Source of the DNA: Flectonema sp. DT1601
Taxonomy: Eukaryota
NCBI GenBank assembly: GCA_964019425.1
Contig: OZ025794.1
Span: 558,001 to 622,000 of the forward strand
Direction: 5' to 3'
DNA length: 64,000 bases
The notes below the pieces were generated by a model. The model saw only the letters and a list, made by a program, of their open reading frames with translations, did not search any database and was not told where the DNA came from. This document shows, one piece after another, positions 56,301 through 64,000 of this stretch (positions within the stretch are counted from its first letter, which is position 1; each line of letters starts with the position of its first letter). The position numbers and the translations under genes were made by a program.

Positions 56301-57227
56301 TGTACTGAAATGACTAGCGAGATTGGACATGGTGATTCTTCTTTTTACTCTAACACGGGACTGCCTCCTCGCAGAGTTCGCTCTGGCTCCGCATCCACTG
56401 CAAGTAGCAAAGGCACCAGCACTGCCATGAGATCTCGTCTTGCTCACTTGCAGGTTTCAGTCCTTAGGAAGAAACAAATATCAATGCTCTGTTCTAATAT
56501 AAATGGTTTCAAGAGAATCCGAGAAGATGAAATAGTTCAGGCACATCACGACTACCTTACTGCGATAGTGAAGGCTGCTAGAGACACGAGGGGAGTACCC
56601 GAACCGTTTTTGGGAGATCGCGTGATGATCAGTTGGAACGCGGCGCTTGCGATTCCCAACTACAGAGAATCGAGTTGTACATGCGCGATTGCAATAAGCG
56701 ATGGGATAAAGAATATGCAAAGTGAAACTAATTTGAAGGTATCTCTGGGAGTAGCAAGCAGTGGAGCTCTAGTTGGGAATTTAGGTATTGCTGGGATGAA
56801 AAAGTTCGCAATCATCGGTGGAGCGTATCCCGCAGCTGTTGTGTTGATGCGTCTGAACTCAAAGTTCTCAACTGAAATTCTTGCGGAAGGAAGTTACCGA
56901 GTTGAGGCTTTGAAGTTTCAAATGTTCCCCGTCAGCAGAGTAGTGTATGAGAAGTTTTCTGAGCGTCCGTTTGTCGTGTTCAACGTCCTGTCAACTCGAA
57001 TTGAGAAGAATGAAGAATGGATGTATAGCATGCAGGACGGTATTCATCCTGTCTTAGATCAACTTGATGCTATTCTCATGGGTAAGGAATCTGCTAATAA
57101 CTTTAGTCTCAGTTCCAACCCAAACTGTTGTGATGTACTTCCAATTCAGACAGAAGCATTCATGTCGAAGTTAGCAGCGAATCCTGATTACATTGACGAA
57201 ATTAGTTCTCGTGTTCACTACATATAG
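53331..57227 (+). CDS. Receptor-type class III nucleotide cyclase-like protein (1298 aa): signal peptide, LamG/pentraxin, cadherin-like and pappalysin/FBXL4-type beta domains, TM, degenerate cyclase domain
   Basis: Signal peptide; WQHYAIS..VLGNDQDTILGGF..YDNLRIW; ISITPGNDAP; FSSEF..WNEVDAVLMVG; YVPHNGFVGEDSFEF; TM YWIFIVVGAVIVVACVAIFWF; cyclase-like SMLCSNINGF, FLGDRVMISW, GALVGNLG. Confidence 0.85.
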   Translation: MRLLVTVLVLFAISSLVSGQFGAGSAIYIPDKPKGSGIAYLYPFTGLAEAGSKEFTIDLWYWAEKWTSEWKGTPLSIATVDDDNWIRLEFAGLLYFKSDEGRFNFNITEPARTWQHYAISVNLNTLLMDVYVNGKLVGSPKIGIHTIDLSDPIAIVLGNDQDTILGGFSPSSHTPGLYDNLRIWSKAHTIDEVVHHMSRDVNAATPNLIAAWDFDDGSGYEIREVKTGRPEWSMSIGSSYATAADLQNKQFSKFENDIQVTWGPSHARCRGSGMTSGFSRGVRKVFHLRDITEFSEITMTSLSPLCKLEDASSRQSLITNSIISSSFAFIAPADGTENEYSLSYTAGGEAATIVFKLAQPITPTNFTMTFIEDAPLIENVIKFGGAYENPQTWRVRIYISRLPHKGRIQNQLGFPDKNEEYAPATNITEPMFVTGGYNQILYQAGVDEFGNRYTTLEYKVVDESRWDDLEAIQQLPSGIVTISITPGNDAPKLLSSTVTGTDPLNPKNVSQDEVTILQYDVFDSDGDDVLMEIISLPSHGDLWLSDKFGNRLHKLTTTAVGTQEVEQYAAKLLNFSSEFVDKSGSWAVTQVLGKPIDLKIFGDSIFAWSPASVDGFGCKDVGGGGDVFHTEFLHLKFNESVYVKELFSYENVGAGALVGVRAKDPTTNTWKRLYLGASDVPIRENEYIVFKPAGMCGTWFHTDELYLEFDTCNRPGWNEVDAVLMVGTTDTNLGAVPPNSSIVYVPHNGFVGEDSFEFVLTDCPGDRFRKSDAQKSFLKVSEAPSSRVQTLQSSEGSNEVLTLQGGPTWEITGSPKWGTIQINGLDSRQYDQISAGSIVRYRPDDVECKKSASAYKDSFVITTSITRDSSSSQSEFIIYEIVGCSLSSAFPYWIFIVVGAVIVVACVAIFWFSTRQHRRMAALYNNNRVAEECAEAIAFMHLEEVSYLVTLPNPNKIQKAFLKIIQTLEEYRNFLPSSMFAGDTESVSESCTEMTSEIGHGDSSFYSNTGLPPRRVRSGSASTASSKGTSTAMRSRLAHLQVSVLRKKQISMLCSNINGFKRIREDEIVQAHHDYLTAIVKAARDTRGVPEPFLGDRVMISWNAALAIPNYRESSCTCAIAISDGIKNMQSETNLKVSLGVASSGALVGNLGIAGMKKFAIIGGAYPAAVVLMRLNSKFSTEILAEGSYRVEALKFQMFPVSRVVYEKFSERPFVVFNVLSTRIEKNEEWMYSMQDGIHPVLDQLDAILMGKESANNFSLSSNPNCCDVLPIQTEAFMSKLAANPDYIDEISSRVHYI

Positions 57228-57532
57228 AGACTGTGAAGTATAAATTTAATTATTTTTTTTAAGCAAGGATGACTCTTAACTCAAATCGACACCTTTCACA
57301 TCAACTTTAAATATTATGATTGCTTTGCTTTGCTTAAATCAAAAATGTAACTATTCAGCTTGGGATTTTTAACATAAAGTAATAAATGAAAATAGAAATA
57401 AATAAATATATTCCTATTATCAATCAAAGATAGATTCAAGCAATTTTTTTTTTTTTTTTTTTTAAATCTCGAAACCAATTTTTTTTTTTTTTTGATTGCA
57501 TTTTCCTTAATTTAACTGAAAATAATTGAAAC

Positions 57533-57630
57533 AAACCATTCAGATTAGCCTATATATTTCGTTGAACGCAGTATATAACAAATAACGGTTTTTCAATCTG
57601 AATAGTTTCTTCTCCGACTACGTCGATAAT
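57533..57630 (-). repeat. Dispersed two-hairpin element, copy 4 (inverted, internally shorter)
   Basis: Reverse complement reads tcgacgtagtcggagaagaaactattcagattgaaaaaccgttatt...tgcgttcaacgaaat..ggctaatctgaatggttt. Confidence 0.85.
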
Positions 57631-59179
57631 AAAAAAAAAAGGGGAAAAAAGGGGAAAAAAAACAGATGTGATCTGCGATGATTTTATTCTCATCAGAACT
57701 TTTAACTTTACTATTTTCTGTTTTCTCTTTTAATCACTGTTTGGCATATCAAGGGAAACAAAGAAAAACTATTCGTTATTGAGTCCCTTTGCTTTGGGTG
57801 TATTTTAAAATATATTTTTATCATCCCTTTTGTGTTGTCAATTCTCAATCAACCCGAAAACAAGACATGACGGTGTCAGCGAACCGCAAGAGCGTCTGTT
57901 TGTCAACCGTGTTAACCCTGCCCAAGCTTTTACCACCTACACTCCTGAGATCTCATAGTGCCGCTCTGGTCGTCTTTCCCTGGGATTAAGAAAAAGTAAA
58001 AATAAAATAAAATGTCAAAAAAAAAAAAGTTAAAATAATTAGCTGAGAGGGGTGGGTGTGAACTTTTTACTGATATTGTGCGATACGATAAGTATCACAC
58101 TCATAACTTGTCCTAGACCTAGTATGCTCTCACTATGTTGTGATTTCCACTACGCGATTAACGCGAAATATTGTTTTCTATCTATGCGAGGCGTGTCCTA
58201 TTTTCCTTTTTGATATTTTAGTTACCATTTTGCTCTTGCGGTTCAACATGATACTTTTTATTCCCCCTCTTTTTTTTTAAAAAAAAGGGGGAAAAAAAAA
58301 AGCTGTTATTGTCCTGTTTGTTTTAGTGCTATTGCAGTCTGATGTACGTTAGCTGAAAGCTCAACGAATTTCTTTTTTTTTTTTTTTTTTTAAAACTGAT
58401 CAATACCTTTCCAACACACTCTTTTTTTTGCGAAGTCTCTTATTTCCTCATTGCAGAAATGTGCGTATGAATAACTAATAAGCCAAAAAAAAAAAAAAAA
58501 AAAAAAAAAACATTCTAAAACAGCACTAGATATCGAATAGCAATAAATGTGGTTTTTTGCTCTGTGTTGTTCCTCATAGAATAAAATAAGTGAGGCTTTT
58601 AACGTTATTGTCATTCAGACTTGTCAAAAATTAAAAAAATCATATAATTTTTTCTTTCTTTTTTTTTTTTTGTTCCTCTCAGTCAATACCCTAAACACAA
58701 TGCAAAAAATTTGATTTTGTTCAATTTTTTTTTCCCCACCCTTTCTTTTCTCTTGTCTCTTCTTGTCTTTTTTGGTTTTGTTTATTATTCGCATAGAGGA
58801 CAAAACAAAAAAAAACAAGTAGAAAATAAATAAAAAAAAAGCATGAAAGGAAACAATAAAAAAATACTTTATCTCTACTTTTTTTGCACGGGGTGCTTTG
58901 ATGCATATGCGCCATGGCTTGTATCGGGCTGCTTGCTATATTTTGAGGAGAATATTGGCAGCGTAATGTAGTATCGAACAGTGAAATCTTTTTTTGTTTT
59001 TTTGGGAACATGCTGTTCCTTTGTTTTAATTTTTTTTTTTTTACTCCCGCAGATAATCTTTTCCCGTTTCTCTTTTGTCTATAATCAGACAAGGTGGAAA
59101 GCTGACAATGGCATGCTGTGTTCAGGATGCCTCGTCTGCCGAAGCTATGCCACAATCCCAATAAGATTGGGTCCACTTG

Positions 59180-59264
59180 CGTTGCTGTTGCCTCGTAGCT
59201 CTAGGTAGCTCTATGTCGATGCTCCTTAGTTTGCTGTATCAGCGATGCACACGTGCAATGGACT
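59180..59264 (+). repeat. ~85-bp dispersed direct repeat, copy A
   Basis: cgttgctgtt(g/a)cctcgtagctcta ... tcgatgctccttagtttgctgtatcagcgatgc ... tgcaatggact, shared with 62541..62629. Confidence 0.85.
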
Positions 59265-62200
59265 CGCAAACTTCTTTACCTATCTTTTCCATATTTCTCT
59301 CTTTGAATGCACACGGTCGGAATACCGTGAGGCTTATTTAGTTTCTGTCCTTCAGTTCTCTTAAGTAATTATTTTGATGGATGACGAACCTAAAGACGAG
59401 GTACTTGTTGTACTTTTTACCCGTTATGTTGGGTGAATGCGGAATAATGAGCCTTACTGGGTTATCGATCCTTGAAATTAGTGGAATACTGATTTCTTTC
59501 GTTTTTTTTTTTGTTGTTTTAGCAAAATACGCCGAACGAGGTATGAGATCGCAAAAACCAAGTATACATGATCAGAGGCCTAGGGCTTGACGTGAATAGC
59601 TGTGGAGTGGCGAAACCATTTAGTGTTCTCAAGTCTGAGATCACCTCACTGAGCCGCACAGTACTGTCCTTTCGGAGTTTCTGTGAAGTAGCCCACGGAA
59701 CACTTTTCTAAGGATACAATCAGCCAAGCTACTCTGCTACTGACTTTCACGTGATCATCACGAGCTAGTAGTATATGTTATTATGAGGGTACTAAGGGGT
59801 TGATTTAAATCTTATTCGGGTGGAATTTTAAACCGAGACGGTGGGACGTGCACGCGTTAGTCGTAATTACGGTACAAAATTAAACTGTGTATGCCTCTCA
59901 GGATACACTGCTAGCGCCTTACCTTAATTTATTCCTTCCCTAGTTGAGATAGTCAAACCATCGCAGCTATTCCGGTGTATTTTTGGGCCACTGTCCTTTT
60001 TTTTTTTTCGAGTGCAAGACATCAGTCTGTATCTTGTATCTGAGAGCTGCAGACATTCACTTTGCTTGATGAAAATCGTCAGCCGCATTATTTATTTTTA
60101 TTTTTATTTTTTTAAACTTTTCCCTTTGCAGAGTGTTAACCCATTCTCTTAATATTACCTTCAGTCACTGCATCATAAATTACTAATGGTTTATGTTAGT
60201 TAACTTTGATACAATACATATATTTATGTCTTTATAAATATTGCTCAAACTATTTTCCCCATTAAGCTTTGCGATTTATCGTTTTTTTTTTTTTTTTTTT
60301 TGTTTTTTTTTCGGTTTTTGTAATTTCTTTTTTTTTACCCTCCTGATTCGACCGAAACCTTAATTTAGGTTTTAGCCAGTTTTCAAGTTGCTTTATATTT
60401 ATACGGTATCAAGTGACTAAGTTACCCCTTCCTTGATTTATTTATCCAAGTCCCCCTTCAAATAACAACCAAAATCTACAAAGATAAATAACAAACAGAG
60501 TTTTTTTATTATTCTGCTTTTTTTGCTACTCCTGTTGTTAACTTTTATTACTTTCTAAAAGTTTGGGTACTCTACTGGTGCGGGTTACCCAGACCCCTCC
60601 CACAGTCGCTACGAACTAGTAACTGTAAAAAAGAAGTTTTTTTTTTTTTTTTTTTGTTACGAATACAACTAAACAGTATCTACACTCTAGATTTGCTAGC
60701 TGAAGTCATTCTGTCTTATTCGTTGACTGACTTACTTCTACACTATATATACTTGAGCATCACCGTAGTCACTGTATCTTTAACACATTATTAAGTTATC
60801 GTTTAAGTTATGATACAATACAGTTTACAAAATCAAACAACAATCCCCCACTGTCATCAGTTATGGGCTTTCTAAAGAGCTACTAAGTTTGCTTATTTAT
60901 TTATATTTAATTATAACTCGATTATAATACATTGAAACTCTAGCTTTTAAAGCTAATACACGACTAAAAGCATGGTTGTATTCTTCATATTACTTTGTAT
61001 TGTTGTGTCCTGGGTTACCGTACGGTGACGTTGGATTAAAAAACAAGCTAACCGAATAAGAAGAAGATTGTTGTATAAAAGTTGTACGAACCTTTGTGTC
61101 TACTTGCGGATATTCTTGTTGACCACTTCTAGGGTGGTGAACTCTACTTACCGCTGCTCGTGAAAGCGATGGTCAGATTTATTCACTTCTTAAAAAAAAA
61201 AACTTTTTTTTTTTTGTTGTTAAAAAAGCCAATGATTAGTGAAAATTAAAAAAAATTCATATCAGTCTTTCCTTATAGAAAATTAGGTTTTCCCAAATCA
61301 TGTTTTATGCAACATGTGAAACCATAAATCTCAAGCTTAAGCAGACTCTGCTGGGCTCTACCTCCTTACGCATTTGCTTGTTATTCAATTAAATCCTACA
61401 ACTTCCTTTTTATTTTATTTCTTATTGAGTAGTAGGGGAGGGTGTAGTGAAGAGCATTTCTTTCCTTCCTCATTAATTTTCGTAGCAATTTTAAACATCT
61501 TTAATCTCTTAAGGTACTACTGATTGGTTTATTGCGTTTGTTGTAAACTGACAACGTCAATACTATTTCAATTGCACACTGATGATGTTCTATGCGAGTG
61601 CCACAATGAATGCAAAAAAAAAAAAAAAAAAAAAAAAAACCCAAAAGCTGCGAGTAAGTTTCGATTATTTTTTTTTTCTTGTTTTTTTAATTATTTTGCT
61701 TGTACTTCCCACTCCTAACCAGTGACGTGTCACTTCCTTTTCTTGGTTAAGTCTGGAGTTAGTAGCTGCCTGTAAATTTGATAGCTTGTGTGCAACTTTC
61801 CTATTAACTTTCCTTGATTTCGAATAACCAAATCAAATATTCTACTTGCCTAATTTTTTTTCTCTTTTTGAAAATGGAGACTGCCTTCTAAAATAAATCT
61901 CTGGACGATGTAAAATCTCTGGGCTGATCTGTCATCTGAGATTACGTCGAACTGTATTGCTTCAAATTGTTAAAACTGAGCAAAAAAGACATCGAAGATT
62001 ATTTATACTCCTCCAGACTATACGAATCTCAAACGACATCGTGAGTGGAGTGATTGAAGTTTCTCGAAAAGAGAGCGCGGTAGTGTGCGAGAGATTAACA
62101 CGTACTGAGTGCTGGCGATCTGCTTAGCAGTGATGCAGCCCCTGAGGGGGGGTTCAATGCCTGATTATGGGTTTTCTTTTCTTTCTTTTCACTATTTTTT

Positions 62201-62540
62201 TTTCGCACTTCTTTTTTTTGTTGTGCATGCGCTCCAGCGATTTGTTGCTAATTCTATTATGCAGACTGATGAATATCTCGTCGCGCGAACTTCTTTTTGC
62301 CGCGGGATATTCTCGACTACCTGCAATTATGCGCCGTCATTTTTTTCTTTCGGTGCGAGGAATATTCCTTACCAACCTCTTCCCATTCTTAGTTTCCCCC
62401 CATCGTTGTTCTGGTTTTGTTATGGCTGAATAAGCTTCCGTTTCCGTCTTGAACGCGGTTGGTTGCGAATTTCTGTTTTATTTATTTATTTTTTTTAAAA
62501 GTATTTTGCCCGAATTAGTTACAATACTCTTTTAGGTTTA

Positions 62541-62629
62541 CGTTGCTGTTACCTCGTAGCTCTACGGGGTTAACTCGATGCTCCTTAGTTTGCTGTATCA
62601 GCGATGCCTGACATGCAATGCAATGGACT
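62541..62629 (+). repeat. ~85-bp dispersed direct repeat, copy B
   Basis: Shares the exact core tcgatgctccttagtttgctgtatcagcgatgc with copy A at 59180. Confidence 0.85.
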
Positions 62630-63774
62630 TCCTTATTTATCACAAGTAAATCTGTACCTTGTCTCTTAGAGATAAGTTTGCGAAGTGATGCGCTATTTTT
62701 TTTTGACTCGCGAATTGTTTTTTTTTTTTGATGAGAAGTAGGCCTGGAAAACCAATTGAAAATAATTATTATTTGTGAATGCGTATTCCTCTTAGAAGCA
62801 TGATAAGAAGCTTTGCAAAAATAAATGATCGGAAGCGATACGTAGTGTGTCATTTACTGTACTTCCATCGACTCATAGTCGATTTACTCATTAACCACCT
62901 TAGAGATTTTAAACACACTTTTATTAAAGCTAGGTCGTTTTTTTTTTTGTCGTTGTTAATTATTCTATGCTTTGCAAAACTTATTTTTACAATTGAAAAA
63001 AGAAAATCCAGCCGATAATTCTTGTTTCTAAAAGTTCTGTTTTTTAAAAAAAAAAAATTATTTTTCCTACTTATATTATTTTGCGAAGATCGAGTGTGCT
63101 GCGTATCAAACAGTGTTATTGTATTAGGAAGGCTGATTAAATTAGGCACTCTTTTTTTTTTATATCTTAAATTCTTTAATAAAGTTTATAAAAAAGTATG
63201 TACACAAGGAACTAATAATAAAACTGTATGACTGGTACCCCCGTGAGCTTCTCCAGAGTTTGACTTCTTCGATAAATAAAATGATTATTAAGTAAGTCGA
63301 TCATTTCTCTAATTGGGCACTCTTTTTTTTTTTTTGTTCTCTGCATTTAGCAAGAAAAGTAGGAGCGATGAAATGAGTGTTGGCGGCACACGTAACTTTC
63401 TCAGTTTGAGTCAGTTCTCGATTTCGGGAGAACAATGCCAGTACTCTCATTGCGTATAACGCCAGAGATTTATTTTTTTTTAAAAAAAAAAGAAAACAAA
63501 AAAAAAAAAGTTTTGTTATTTTACTTGCGTTGTTCTGTCCTCCTATTACATATTTTTTTCTGTAAAATCTATCTAGCTCTATTGTACGGATTGGGTCTTC
63601 CTTAAATTAACATCTAGGGACCTGAAATTCTCCATAGAACAACGCATTCCGAATGACTCACTTATTATTTTCAAGGTGGGCATTTTTGCTTACCCCAAAA
63701 ATTAAATTGCGTAAGGAACACTGACCAAAAAAAAAAGAAAAAAAGAAGAAAATAAAACAAACAATTATTTTTGT

Positions 63775-63812
<38 letters not shown>

Positions 63813-64000
63813 CCTGTGGAAAAAGAAAAAAAGGAACAATGAATTCGTTACTTACCTCCCTAACATAACTTTGATAGCTATATTTATATCATTATACGTA
63901 TGCTCAACACAGTTAACCCTTCCCACACTCAATTTAACCCTATTAGCTTCCTTTATTGTTTATTTTTTACTCACTTACGGTTGCGACTGGTAGACGCTTA

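Noticed and set aside
53276..56720. Antisense and alternate-frame ORFs overlapping long genes
   Set aside because: Shadow ORFs of the main coding frame with no motifs of their own.
58261..58293. Inverted repeat ttccccct(T)n/(A)ngggggaa as a terminator
   Set aside because: Made of homopolymer runs common throughout this DNA; intrinsic terminators are not expected in this eukaryotic context.
57789..63231. Short ORFs in the terminal region
   Set aside because: Low-complexity, no motifs, and no consistent exon chain found on either strand.

Overview
AT-rich eukaryotic (protist) genomic DNA, not prokaryotic. About 22 protein-coding genes all lie on the + strand, mostly tightly packed. Many have a YAG acceptor a few to ~50 nt upstream of the ATG with no evident upstream donor. 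Twelve GT-AG cis-introns can be placed by restoring reading frames. This layout suggests a euglenozoan with polycistronic transcription and SL trans-splicing, most plausibly a diplonemid (inference). Recognisable genes: TBC Rab-GAP, DCAF8-like WD40, TM9SF (5 exons), TPR protein, Trf4/Cid1-like nucleotidyltransferase, MCM2 (3 exons), SAXO-like, CFAP161/calcyphosin-like, kelch, WW, IQ and SHIPPO-repeat proteins, tandem PhyH-type dioxygenases, and a receptor-type class III cyclase-like protein. Most notable observations: (1) a dispersed ~100-145 nt element in 4 copies with a conserved two-hairpin fold whose substitutions mostly keep pairing via G-U on one strand; (2) cis-introns with A-rich rather than pyrimidine-rich 3' ends, all ending ACAG; (3) decayed retrotransposon remnants, one inflating a TM9SF intron to 2.4 kb; (4) several apparent pseudoenzymes. 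All calls come from manual reading; no searches were run.
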